From contig JAPHTL010000075.1 in the NCBI GenBank assembly GCA_026193355.1, positions 1-38,802 on the forward strand: a stretch of DNA of 38,802 nucleotides. Reading direction: 5' to 3'. The translations under genes and the position numbers were made by a program. This DNA comes from Rhodospirillales bacterium. Lineage in GTDB: Bacteria > Pseudomonadota > Alphaproteobacteria > Rhodospirillales > JAPHTL01. Below are positions 1 to 8,417 of this stretch, one piece after another. How positions within the stretch are numbered: position 1 is the first letter of the stretch; each line of letters opens with the position of its first letter. The notes under the pieces were generated by a model. That model made no database searches. It was not told the DNA's origin and was given only the letters and a program-made list of their open reading frames with translations.

Positions 1-131
1 CCTTTGAAATAAGGGTCGTTGAGGGTGGCCCGGCCGTCCCGTAAAAAATAACAGGGGAACGGGTTGACGTTTCCCCATCAGGTTACCACCCTTTATGCCA
101 ACGCAACACAAATCAGGCGGGAATACGGAAC

Positions 132-398
132 ATGATGGTCGCAGATCGCATCCGCGAAAAACTGACGCGGGAACTGGCGCCGCAGCGCCTTGAAATAACG
201 GACGAATCCGGCCGTCATGTCGGGCATGCAGGGGCTCACCCGGAAGGCGAAAGTCATTTCCATGTGGAGGTCGTCTCCGAGGCATTCACAGGAAAGAGCC
301 GCGTGGAACGCCAGCGGATGGTTTATGCGGCGCTCGCCGAGGAAATGGAGGGGCGTATTCACGCGCTTGCGCTCAGCACCAAGGCGCCGGGCGAATAG
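132..398 (+). CDS. bolA: BolA family protein
   Basis: Track ORF of 88 aa. The translation shows the BolA pattern as I know it: ITDESGRHVGHAG...ESHFHVEVVSEAFTGKSRVERQRMVYAAL...IHALAL. Two adjacent ATGs (132/135), so the start is uncertain by 3 nt. Confidence 0.85.
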   Translation: MMVADRIREKLTRELAPQRLEITDESGRHVGHAGAHPEGESHFHVEVVSEAFTGKSRVERQRMVYAALAEEMEGRIHALALSTKAPGE

Positions 399-521
399 GC
401 ATTCGCCGCACCGATACCTTCGTATAATAGATACTGTTTCCATTCCCCGGTACTCTCCTGCGTGAGGATGTCTTCGATTCGTGGGCCTTAAAACGCGAGA
501 AACGGGACAGAAGGAAACAGG

Positions 522-833
522 ATGACCATGGGAAGTTCACTTGAACCGAGAAACGTGACCGTCAACGGTCGCCGCACCAGTCTTCGCCTGGAACCGGCGA
601 TGTGGAATTCGCTTGAGCTTGTCTGCGAGAAAGAAGGCATGGAAATGAAGGATCTGTTTTCGATGATCGACAGTGATCGCGACGATGCAGGTCTTACCTC
701 GGCAATCCGAAGCTTTCTTGCTTCATACCTGGCCAGCATGATGGTGACGAAGAGAAGGGTGCGCCCGTCGATCGTCGTCCGCAATCGCAGGGGCACCGGC
801 GGCTTGCAGGCACCCTACTCGCGGCTGGATTGA
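522..833 (+). CDS. Ribbon-helix-helix domain protein (RHH_4/PF13467-like), putative DNA-binding
   Basis: Track ORF of 103 aa with the purine-rich GAAGGAAACAGG directly upstream of ATG 522 (second ATG at 528). The N-terminal segment VTVNGRRTSLRLEPAMWNSLELVCEKEGMEMKDLFSMID matches my memory of the alphaproteobacterial RHH family (S.RLE..FW.AL.EIA......L...ID). The C-terminal ~40 aa are basic and low-complexity. Confidence 0.7.
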   Translation: MTMGSSLEPRNVTVNGRRTSLRLEPAMWNSLELVCEKEGMEMKDLFSMIDSDRDDAGLTSAIRSFLASYLASMMVTKRRVRPSIVVRNRRGTGGLQAPYSRLD

Positions 834-882
834 CCCCCGCTCGTTTCCGCCCCCAAGCCGGAATACCAGCAGGAACACGCGC

Positions 883-1449
883 CTATTTTCCCCGGTAATG
901 TTCCGGCCAGCGGTCCTTGACGATGAGGCTGTCGGAAGCCAGCGCATGGCATCCGTCCAGTTGGAAGGGTTTCCCGCGCTTTTCCGGGGGCGTTTTTTCA
1001 AGTTTTCGGCTCAAAGCCGGATAAAGCGTCTGCAAGGTCGCCGTCGCGAGTGGGCCGAGCATTTCCACCACATGGGTGCAGCCCTTCACCCCGCCAACCG
1101 CTTCCTTGACCTTCCTGAACCAACCCGGGCCTATCTTAAGGCCTTCAAGCGCCCTGAATGCCGGGGCGATATCACTGCACAGGTTATAGGGGCCGGCTTC
1201 CATGGCGGTCTCCACGGAACGCACCACAAGCTCGTCATCCACCGTGACCCGCACCCACATATCATGGATGGGTTCCCCAGCATGGATGGTGCCGCGGTCC
1301 TGGTTGTCGAAGCTGTAGGTCTTGGTGTCGGTGATCCGTCCCTCGATATCCCAAAGACCGTCTTCCCGTTCATACCCCTTGAACTCGATATTCCGGGTGT
1401 GCTGGTGCTTGCGTGCGGTCGGTTCGGAAAGGGGCATGGGGTTCCTCAT
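883..1449 (-). CDS. DUF2889 domain protein (function unknown)
   Basis: Track ORF 883..1641 is 252 aa. Its first 64 codons are Arg/His-rich and run into the 3' end of the CBS gene. The internal ATG at 1449 (MRNPMPLSEP...) gives 188 aa. The body (NIEFKGYEREDGLWDIEGRITDTKTY...HDMWVRVTVDDELVV...GVKGCTHVVEMLGPLA) matches my recollection of DUF2889. An alternative ATG lies 12 nt downstream. Confidence 0.72.
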   Translation of the reverse strand: MRNPMPLSEPTARKHQHTRNIEFKGYEREDGLWDIEGRITDTKTYSFDNQDRGTIHAGEPIHDMWVRVTVDDELVVRSVETAMEAGPYNLCSDIAPAFRALEGLKIGPGWFRKVKEAVGGVKGCTHVVEMLGPLATATLQTLYPALSRKLEKTPPEKRGKPFQLDGCHALASDSLIVKDRWPEHYRGK

Positions 1450-1504
1450 GATCAGGAATTGGGCAACACAGGGACGCCATATGGGGAAAGGCTCGCTGGC
1501 CGCG

Positions 1505-1533
1505 ATTAAAAGGCTGCGGCCCCTGACCGTCAA
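1505..1533 (-). promoter_or_regulatory. Candidate sigma70-type promoter for the DUF2889 gene
   Basis: Minus strand reads TTGACG (1533..1528), a 17-nt spacer, then TTTAAT (1510..1505), about 55 nt upstream of ATG 1449. This is a sequence match only. Confidence 0.3.
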
Positions 1534-1574
1534 CCCGTAACGCAAGGTATCGTGATGGAAGCTTGCCGCGCGGG

Positions 1575-2021
1575 TCAGCCGGTGCCGTAGTTTTCGCCGA
1601 AAATGAAGGCTTCGCGTTCGCGAACATCCTGTTCCAGGCAATTTTCCCGGTCCGCGTAAAGGTCACGGGCGGAAACCATGCCGACCACGCGTCCGTCCCG
1701 GACCACGGGCAGGTGCCTGTAATTGCGCACCCGCATCAGTTCCAGCGCATCGAAGGGCCGGTCATCGGGGTCGAGAACGTCGGGATTGCGGGTCATGACA
1801 TCGCCGAGACGGGTTTCGTCCGGGTTCAGGCCCGCGGCGATCACACGCCAGGTCAGGTCTCGTTCGGTCACGATGCCCGAAAGGATGCCGTCATTGGTGA
1901 TGAAGACGGCGCCAATGTGGTTGCCCATCATCAACTTTGCGGCTTCGCGCGCCGTTGCGTTTTCGGGAAGCTCGTGGATGGTCTGGTTGTTCACGAGGTC
2001 GGGAATGATCTTTCTCGGCAT
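1575..2021 (-). CDS. CBS-pair domain protein
   Basis: Track ORF of 148 aa with two CBS repeats visible (GAVFITNDGILSGIVTERDL and HLPVVRDGRVVGMVSARDL). No other domain; the short acidic C-terminal tail is all that follows. Confidence 0.85.
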   Translation of the reverse strand: MPRKIIPDLVNNQTIHELPENATAREAAKLMMGNHIGAVFITNDGILSGIVTERDLTWRVIAAGLNPDETRLGDVMTRNPDVLDPDDRPFDALELMRVRNYRHLPVVRDGRVVGMVSARDLYADRENCLEQDVREREAFIFGENYGTG

Positions 2022-2136
2022 ATTGGCGCATACCCCCTTTTTGCTTCAATCCGATGGGCGCTGGTCGCTTGCGCCCGCTCTTTCAAGGATATGGGGTGTT
2101 GTCAGGCCTTCTTTCAAGGCCGTGCCGATTCTTATG

Positions 2137-3438
2137 TCAGCTGGTCGTTTCGACGCCATCGTCAGATTGCAAGACAATGCGCTTCGATTCCGGCGGCATG
2201 ACGCGCAGCGCCGTAATCTGGTTGCGCTGCCTGCGCAGGATGTGGAAGCGGAAGCCGTGGAACATGAACGTCTGTCCGGTATTGGGGATGTGCCGGGCCT
2301 CATGCAGAATCAGACCGGCGATGGTTGCGGCTTCTTCATCCGGCAGGTTCCATTCGAATTCCCGGTTGAGATCCCGGATGGTCACTGTTCCGTCCACGAC
2401 ATAGCTTCCGTCCGCTTCCGGGTGTACGCCAGTGACCATCACGTCGTGTTCGTCGGCGATTTCGCCGACGATTTCCTCAAGGATGTCCTCAAGGGTGACG
2501 ATGCCCATAAGAGCGCCGTATTCATCGACGACAAGGGCGAAATGCTCGCGGCGTTCGCGGAACGCCTGCAACTGATCGAGAAGGTTGGTGGTTTCGGGGA
2601 TGAACCACGGTTTTGCCGCCAAGGCCACGACGTTCAGGCCGTCAAGGTTGCTGCCACATGCGCGCACGGCGCGAAGCAGGGCCTTTGCATGCAGGACGCC
2701 GATGACGTTGTCGGGCTCATCGCGCCAGACGGGTATGCGCGTATAGGGGCTGTCCAGAACCTGATCGACGATGGTTTCCGGCGGCTGGCTCACGTCGATC
2801 GTCACCAGCGAATTGCGGTGCGTCATGATCTCTGAAACCTGCACCTCGGCGAGGTCGAGAACACTGTGCAGCATGGCCCGTTCGTGCCGGACCACCCCTG
2901 TGTCGCCCTCATGCAGCGCGATTGCCCCGCGCAACTCTTCGGCGGTTGTCGCCAGCGCCTCGCGGCTGCGGACGTCCACGCCCAGGAAATGCAGGGTGAT
3001 GCTGACGATCACCTGAACGGCGCGGGTGATCGGTGAGAGGAGCAGAACGACGATGCGTATCAGCGGGGCAATGGCCAGCGCCATGCGGTCGGCATTTTCG
3101 AAGGCGTAGGTTTTGGGCAGAACCTCCGAGAAGATCAGAACCAGCAGGGTCATCGCGATCGTCGCATAGACGACGCCGGTTTCGCCGAACACCGCGATGA
3201 AAACACTCGTGGCGAGGGCGGAGGCCATGATGTTGACCAGGTTGTTCCCCAGAAGGATTGCCCCGATCAGGTTTTCCTTGCGCTCATGCAGGCGGTTGAC
3301 CAGTTTCGCCCGATGATTTCCCTTTCGCGCCAGTTGATGCATCAGCGGCCGCGACGCCGCTGTCAATGCCGTTTCCGATCCTGAAAAGAAGGCCGAAAGG
3401 ACCAGAAGAATGCCGATGGCTCCGAGTATCAGTGTCAT
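2137..3438 (-). CDS. HlyC/CorC family transporter (DUF21-CBS pair-CorC_HlyC; 'hemolysin family' annotation type)
   Basis: Track ORF of 433 aa. N-terminal multi-TM DUF21 region (LILGAIGILLVLSAFFSGSETAL...), central CBS pair, C-terminal CorC/HlyC transporter-associated domain (DGSYVVDGTVTIRDLNREFEWNLPDEEAATIAGLIL). It starts 7 nt after the aroB stop, so it is probably co-transcribed. Confidence 0.9.
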   Translation of the reverse strand: MTLILGAIGILLVLSAFFSGSETALTAASRPLMHQLARKGNHRAKLVNRLHERKENLIGAILLGNNLVNIMASALATSVFIAVFGETGVVYATIAMTLLVLIFSEVLPKTYAFENADRMALAIAPLIRIVVLLLSPITRAVQVIVSITLHFLGVDVRSREALATTAEELRGAIALHEGDTGVVRHERAMLHSVLDLAEVQVSEIMTHRNSLVTIDVSQPPETIVDQVLDSPYTRIPVWRDEPDNVIGVLHAKALLRAVRACGSNLDGLNVVALAAKPWFIPETTNLLDQLQAFRERREHFALVVDEYGALMGIVTLEDILEEIVGEIADEHDVMVTGVHPEADGSYVVDGTVTIRDLNREFEWNLPDEEAATIAGLILHEARHIPNTGQTFMFHGFRFHILRRQRNQITALRVMPPESKRIVLQSDDGVETTS

Positions 3439-3445
3439 GGATTGA

Positions 3446-4573
3446 TTATGCCTGTTTTAGGGCTTCCCCGAGAACGGCGAGGACCGTGTCCCTGGGGGCG
3501 TCCTGGGTCATGAAGGATTTCCCGACACCTTTGGTGAGGACAAAGGTTATGCGTCCATCGGCCACCTTCTTGTCGAGGGTCATATGCCCGTATAGCGCAT
3601 CCGCCGTCCAGCCGGCCGTATCAAGGCGATCAAGTCCAACCGGCAGCCCGATGGCTTCAAGGTGGGCCTTTGCCCGCTGCGCGTCCTTTTCCGGGCACAG
3701 GCCCAAACGGACGGAGAGGTTGAAGGCCATGACCATGCCGATGGCGACGGCCTCGCCGTGCAGGAGGGTGTCGCCGAACCCGGTCTGGGCTTCCAGCGCA
3801 TGACCAAAGGTATGTCCGAGGTTAAGCAGGGCGCGTCGGCCGTTTTCCCGTTCGTCCTCGGCGACAATGGTCGCCTTGGTCGCGCAACTGGTCAGGACGG
3901 CATGGCTTTGCGCCTCACGGTTCCCGTTGCAGACGGCCGCGCCGTTTTTCTCAAGCCACGCGAAGAATGCCGGGTCGGAAATCAGGCCGTATTTTGCGAC
4001 CTCGGCATATCCGGCGAGAACCTGACGTCGTGGCAGGGTGTCCAGTGTCGCCATGTCGGCAAGGACCATCCGGGGTTGATAGAAGGTTCCGACCAGGTTT
4101 TTCCCGCGTGCTGTGTTGACGCCGGTCTTTCCGCCGACGGAGCTGTCGACCTGGGACAGCAGTGTCGTGGGGATCTGCACGAAGGGTATGCCGCGCAGGA
4201 CGATACTTGCGGCGAATCCGGTGATGTCGCCGATTACGCCGCCGCCCAGTGCGATGACGGTTGTGCCACGTTCGATCCGGGCGGCCAGCAGGTCGTCAAT
4301 CAGTTTTTCGAGGTGGCTGAAGTCCTTCGTTGCCTCGCCCGAAGGCAGGGTCACTGCGTCACTGGCGATACCGCTTCTTTCCAGCGCCGCAGATAGCCGG
4401 TCAAGGTAAAGCGGCCCGACGATGTCGTCGGTCACCACGATTGCGCGCGGCTGGGGCAGAAGGGGAGCGATCAGATCGCCAGCGCGGTCCAGAATTCCCT
4501 CGCCGGCGACAATGTCGTAGCTGCGATCGCCAAGGCCGACGCGCAGGGTTTCGTGTCTGGTTTGTTCGTTCAT
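3446..4573 (-). CDS. aroB: 3-dehydroquinate synthase
   Basis: Track ORF of 375 aa. Typical AroB blocks: [63 protein letters not shown]. The ATG overlaps the aroK stop (ATGA at 4570..4573). Confidence 0.95.
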   Translation of the reverse strand: MNEQTRHETLRVGLGDRSYDIVAGEGILDRAGDLIAPLLPQPRAIVVTDDIVGPLYLDRLSAALERSGIASDAVTLPSGEATKDFSHLEKLIDDLLAARIERGTTVIALGGGVIGDITGFAASIVLRGIPFVQIPTTLLSQVDSSVGGKTGVNTARGKNLVGTFYQPRMVLADMATLDTLPRRQVLAGYAEVAKYGLISDPAFFAWLEKNGAAVCNGNREAQSHAVLTSCATKATIVAEDERENGRRALLNLGHTFGHALEAQTGFGDTLLHGEAVAIGMVMAFNLSVRLGLCPEKDAQRAKAHLEAIGLPVGLDRLDTAGWTADALYGHMTLDKKVADGRITFVLTKGVGKSFMTQDAPRDTVLAVLGEALKQA

Positions 4574-5151
4574 TCGGTTCTTGCCGGCCGTTCGGCCTGC
4601 CCTCGTTCTTCGCCCAGAAATTCCAGAAGGGCCTTGATGACCTTTTCCGTCGTTGAATCCGGCGTTTCGTCCATTGTGTCCACGATAATGTCGGCTTCGG
4701 CGTAGACCGGATGGCGACGGTCCATCAGGTCCTTCAAGGTATCCCGTGGGTTGCCGTTCTTCAACAGGGGGCGCCCGCCTTTTCCTGCCGTGCGCGTGAC
4801 CAGAACATCGAGATCGGCGCGCAACCAGACGGAAACGGCGGCTTCCTTTATTCTGTTGCGGGTTTCCTCGTTAACGAAGGCGCCGCCGCCTGTGGCGATG
4901 ACCTGCGGCGAGCCCGCAAGGAGCCGTTCCATGACGCGGCGTTCGCCATCGCGGAAAGCGCTTTCGCCAAAGCGGGCGAAGATTTCCTCGATGGTGCAAC
5001 CGGCCGCCCGCTCGATCTCCGAGTCGGCATCGACGAAGGGAATGTCCACGGCCTTGGCAAGCCGTCGCCCGACACTGCTCTTCCCCGAACCCATCAGGCC
5101 GACAAGCACCACAGATCGGTTTGATAACGTACTGAAATCACCTTTGTTCAT
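4570..5151 (-). CDS. aroK: Shikimate kinase
   Basis: Track ORF extends to 5319, but the first 56 codons have no kinase similarity. ATG at 5151 ([32 protein letters not shown]) places the Walker A motif at the usual N-terminal distance. The stop overlaps the aroB start. Confidence 0.88.
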   Translation of the reverse strand: MNKGDFSTLSNRSVVLVGLMGSGKSSVGRRLAKAVDIPFVDADSEIERAAGCTIEEIFARFGESAFRDGERRVMERLLAGSPQVIATGGGAFVNEETRNRIKEAAVSVWLRADLDVLVTRTAGKGGRPLLKNGNPRDTLKDLMDRRHPVYAEADIIVDTMDETPDSTTEKVIKALLEFLGEERGQAERPARTE

Positions 5152-5342
5152 GATCGTTGCCGGTTTCCGCCGAGAATCCCCTACGGTCGTTGAAAGCGGC
5201 CACCCGAGCCGATAGACTGCCGAAGAATTGCCATAGTCTGAACTTAACACATTCAATGTGGGGCTGTCCGCCCGGTACGGCGGGTGAAGCCAAAACGGGC
5301 CATTCCCCGTCAACGCCATAAATTCTGGAAACGTGATTGTCC

Positions 5343-5483
5343 ATGAAAAGAATATCTACCCTGATTCTCCTGCTCACCGGTGCAATTCTTGTCGGCGGGG
5401 CGGTGTTTCTTTCCACCTGGGATATTCCCGCTCCTGTGGCTCCGGTCGAGAAGGTTCTCCCCGATGATCGATTCCCCCGTTAG
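5343..5483 (+). CDS. Possible 46-aa single-pass membrane protein (not in the ORF track; below its length cut-off)
   Basis: My own translation: ATG 5343 ... TAG 5481-5483 gives [46 protein letters not shown]. It has a basic N-terminus and a ~20-residue hydrophobic helix. Against it: no clear SD, and my hand count of third-position G+C is only about 54%, whereas the overlapping frame of the downstream gene scores higher over the same stretch. Confidence 0.35.
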   Translation: MKRISTLILLLTGAILVGGAVFLSTWDIPAPVAPVEKVLPDDRFPR

Positions 5484-5490
5484 GCCAGCA

Positions 5491-7362
5491 ATGTCGTTGC
5501 GGGGCCTTGTCCTGACGACGGTGCTGGCGGCTGCCTTTTTCGCGGTTCCCGCCAGCAAGGCGATTGCGCAGGCTGACGGCAGGCCGCTTCGGCTTGCGCC
5601 GCCGCAACAGCTTGCCCCCCCCATCGAGGGTGCGCAGCCATCCGCTGGCGAAACACGGAATGCCCCCGTGACGGCAACGCCCGTTCGACCGATGGACAGG
5701 CCCGATGACGTTCAGGTCGACAAGCTGGAAACGATCGATCCGGATTCCGTCGGCACCCTGGATGCCGGACTGGGCGGTTTCGGGGCGGATATGTGGCGTG
5801 GACTGGATCGCGCGATCGTCGAAGCGCATCTGAGCCACCTTCCGGCGAAGGTGACGTCGCCTGCCCAACGCGACCTGATGCGCCGCCTGCTTCTTTCTTC
5901 GGCGGCCGTTCCGGCCGGGGCGGGTGGCCCGAAGGGGTCGCTTCTGGCGATCAGGATCGAACGGCTTGCGGCTATGGGTGATGTGGCTTCGGTCTCTGCG
6001 CTGCTGCGGGCCAGTCCGGCCCGGTCGCAGGATCCGGCGCTGTTGCGCATAGAAGTGGATACAATGTTCCTGGCCAATGACTTTTCCCGTGCGTGCGGTC
6101 TGGTCGAAAGCCGGATCGGTGAGGATCCTTCACCCTACTGGCAGAAAGCCAACATTTTCTGCCAGGTTCTGCAGGGCAATTCCGCAATGGCGTCTCTCGG
6201 CGCTGGCCTTTTGCGCGAACAGGGGATCAATGACCCGGTGTTCTTCGTTCTTGTTGATGCCTTGAGCGGGCACGGCGAGGTCGTCATCGAAAGTTTGAGC
6301 GCGCCTGAACCCCTTCACCTGGCGATGGCGCGGACGGCGAAGGTTACGCTGCCAACGGATGCCACCTGGTCGGATGATCCGGGGGTCCTCCGCTCCATTG
6401 CAGTCAGTCCTGCGCTGGTGCCGGCGGTCAGAATCGAGGCCGCCGAAAAGGCCGAGGCCGTTGGCGCGCTGCCCACCGATACGCTGCGCCAGATCTATGC
6501 GAGTGTGGCGTTTACCGATGAGGAACTGGCCTCTCCACTGACCGTGGCGGCCGAAAGCCGCGGTGCGATTGGCCGCGCGCTTCTGTACAGGACAGCGATG
6601 GCCCAGACGGTTCCCACCGCGCTGGCGGAGGTTGTCAGCAGGGCGCTTTCCATGGCCCGTGCGTCGGACCGTTATGTTCCCGTCGCACGCGCCTTCGCCG
6701 ATATCATCCGGCGGATCGAGCCCACGAACGAATTGATCTGGTTCGCCGGTGAAGCGGCGCGCGCCCTGCTGGTAGCGGATGACCGTCCCGCTGCGGGGAA
6801 CTGGGTCAATGCGCTTCGTCGCGGGGCGTCCTTCAATGAAGAGGCCGCCGAGGCATTGACGCGCATTCTGCCGCTTGCCCGCATGATGTCGGCCCATGCC
6901 GTCCCCGAGTGGAACGACAAGCGGGCCGAGGACTGGTGGGCCCTGCAAAAGCGTGACGCCCTCGCCGCCGCCGCTGCGCCTCAATCAAGTGGCGGTGAAT
7001 CCGCCGCGCGTTCGGGCAGCATGGCTTCCGAAGCGGTTCGTCGGGCGACCCGACTGTTCGTCCTTATCGAAGCGTTTGGCGACCCGATCGCCGATTCATT
7101 ATGGCGCGATCTTTCCGTCTTCGCCGATGTTCAGGCGCATAATCCAACGCCGGTCGCCATGAAGAAGGCGCTGGCCCGTGCCGGGGGTGCGGAAAGGGTC
7201 GGCGAAACGGTTCTTCTTACGCTAAGCGGCCTCGGGGAAGGCGGGCTGGTGCAGGCCGACCCCGCGTTCGTCGAGCAGGTTCTCGATTCGTTGCAGCGGA
7301 TCGGCCTGGTGGAGGAGTCGCGGCGCCTCGCGCTTGAGGCTGCCGTCGCCGCCGGGTTATGA
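5491..7362 (+). CDS. Secreted/periplasmic alpha-helical protein of unknown function (conserved hypothetical)
   Basis: Track ORF 5380..7362. ATG 5491 gives MSLRGLVLTTVLAAAFFAVPASKAIAQA, a classical Sec signal peptide with an AxA site. ATG 5464 ([14 protein letters not shown]..., GAAGG 9 nt upstream) is an equally possible start. The remainder is Ala/Leu/Arg-rich and looks helical-repeat-like. I recognise no catalytic motif. The stop overlaps the xerD start. Confidence 0.75.
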   Translation: MSLRGLVLTTVLAAAFFAVPASKAIAQADGRPLRLAPPQQLAPPIEGAQPSAGETRNAPVTATPVRPMDRPDDVQVDKLETIDPDSVGTLDAGLGGFGADMWRGLDRAIVEAHLSHLPAKVTSPAQRDLMRRLLLSSAAVPAGAGGPKGSLLAIRIERLAAMGDVASVSALLRASPARSQDPALLRIEVDTMFLANDFSRACGLVESRIGEDPSPYWQKANIFCQVLQGNSAMASLGAGLLREQGINDPVFFVLVDALSGHGEVVIESLSAPEPLHLAMARTAKVTLPTDATWSDDPGVLRSIAVSPALVPAVRIEAAEKAEAVGALPTDTLRQIYASVAFTDEELASPLTVAAESRGAIGRALLYRTAMAQTVPTALAEVVSRALSMARASDRYVPVARAFADIIRRIEPTNELIWFAGEAARALLVADDRPAAGNWVNALRRGASFNEEAAEALTRILPLARMMSAHAVPEWNDKRAEDWWALQKRDALAAAAAPQSSGGESAARSGSMASEAVRRATRLFVLIEAFGDPIADSLWRDLSVFADVQAHNPTPVAMKKALARAGGAERVGETVLLTLSGLGEGGLVQADPAFVEQVLDSLQRIGLVEESRRLALEAAVAAGL

Positions 7363-8330
7363 CCGGAAGAAGGGGGCGCTCCACCGAAAGGAAAGGCGCT
7401 TCCTCCTGTCGCCATATCGAATCCTTTCTGGAAATGATGCTTGCCGAACGCGGCGCAGCGGCCAATACCATCGAATCGTATCGCCGGGATCTGGAGGACT
7501 TTTCGGGTTTCGTCACGCGTCGCGGTGGCCGCCCGGAAGCGGCGGTTGAGGATGACGTCCGAAAGTATCTGGCCGCATTGTCCAAGGCTGGAATGGCCCC
7601 GCGAACAGCGGCGCGTCGGCTTTCCGCCTTGCGCCAGTTTTTCCGTTTCCTCTATGCCGAAGGGGTGCGAAGGGATGATCCGACCGGCGCATTGGACGGC
7701 CCGCGCCTCGGTCGCCCCCTGCCCAAATACCTGAGTGAGGCGGAGGTCGCCCAATTGCTTGAGGCCGCCCGTCGGAGGGAAGGGGCGGAAGGGGTGCGCC
7801 TGATAACCTTGCTGGAACTGTTGTATGCGACCGGGATGCGGGTGTCTGAACTTCTGGGCCTGCCGGCATCGGCTTTCAGCCGCAATGGCGATGTGCTGAT
7901 TATTCGCGGCAAGGGGGGGAAGGAGCGCATGGTGCCGTTGAGCGACCCTGCCCGCGCCGCGCTTGCTTCCTACGCCGCTGTCCGCGAACATTTCCTTGGC
8001 GACAGGAAGGCGGCAATGCGCCGCGAACGGTGGCTTTTTCCTTCAAGGTCGCGTGACGGACGGCTCAGCCGTTCCGCCTTTGCCGCGCAGCTCAAGACGC
8101 TGGCCGCAGAGGCCGGCATCGATCCGGGCAGGGTTTCCCCCCACGTTCTGCGTCATTCCTTCGCCAGCCATCTTCTGGCGCATGGCGCCGATCTGCGCAG
8201 CGTGCAACAGATGCTTGGCCATGCGGATATCGCGACCACACAGATCTATACCCATGTGCTCGACGAACGCCTGCGGTCGCTTGTGCAATCGGCCCATCCG
8301 TTGGCGCGGACACGAAAACGCGACCAATGA
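7359..8330 (+). CDS. xerD: Site-specific tyrosine recombinase XerD
   Basis: Track ORF of 323 aa. N-terminal SAM-like domain (IESFLEMMLAERGAAANTIESYRRDLEDF). C-terminal catalytic blocks: ATGMRVSELLGL, RGKGGKERMVPL, HVLRHSFASHLLAHGADLRSVQQMLGHADIATTQIYTHV. Confidence 0.9.
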   Translation: MTGRRGRSTERKGASSCRHIESFLEMMLAERGAAANTIESYRRDLEDFSGFVTRRGGRPEAAVEDDVRKYLAALSKAGMAPRTAARRLSALRQFFRFLYAEGVRRDDPTGALDGPRLGRPLPKYLSEAEVAQLLEAARRREGAEGVRLITLLELLYATGMRVSELLGLPASAFSRNGDVLIIRGKGGKERMVPLSDPARAALASYAAVREHFLGDRKAAMRRERWLFPSRSRDGRLSRSAFAAQLKTLAAEAGIDPGRVSPHVLRHSFASHLLAHGADLRSVQQMLGHADIATTQIYTHVLDERLRSLVQSAHPLARTRKRDQ

Positions 8331-8417
8331 TGCATGGGCTGGTATGATGTGGGTGCGATGGGTTATAAGACCGGAAATACCGTCAACGGCGTTATTCAGG
8401 GCTGAGCAAAACGAGCC

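Noticed and set aside
3-76. A possible 13-codon C-terminal tail of an upstream plus-strand gene (frame 3, TAA at 42..44) followed by an imperfect hairpin GGGGAAC…GTTTCCCC (54..76).
   Set aside because: It is too short to assess coding potential. The hairpin has a bulge and no T-tract. It cannot be supported from the window alone.
415-442. AT-rich stretch ACCTTCGTATAATAGATACTGTTTCCATT, whose left half resembles the XerC arm of a dif site (..GCGCATAATGTATATTATGTTAAAT). It caught my eye because xerD lies in the window.
   Set aside because: Only the left arm and part of the spacer match (about 7/11 and 4/6 by eye). The XerD arm (TTATGTTAAAT) is essentially absent (about 5/11). dif sites lie at the terminus, not next to xerD. 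It is more plausibly just a TATAAT-type -10 element (423..428) for the RHH gene.
883-1641. N-terminal over-extensions of track ORFs: DUF2889 to 1641, aroK to 5319, secA to 12269, PPIase from 12303, argJ from 13219, hydratase to 18189, livF from 21021, SBP from 23800, racemase from 25140, FadB-type from 28787, M23 from 30892, QueG-like to 33057.
   Set aside because: The extensions overlap neighbouring genes or AT-rich intergenic DNA, lack family similarity, and have internal starts with SD-like sequences that restore canonical N-termini or signal peptides. I trimmed them; the residual start uncertainty is stated per feature.
2137-3438. A 'hemolysin' (TlyC/HlyC-type) gene as a virulence factor.
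   Set aside because: The architecture (DUF21 + CBS pair + CorC_HlyC) is the ubiquitous CorC/CNNM-type divalent-cation transporter family. Its position in the aroK-aroB operon is housekeeping-like. Nothing suggests a toxin.
7359-8330. A tyrosine recombinase as a possible marker of an integrated mobile element or genomic island.
   Set aside because: The sequence is the housekeeping XerD type. The flanks are core genes (aroKB, accA, secA). I found no tRNA, direct repeats, phage or transposase genes, or compositional break nearby.
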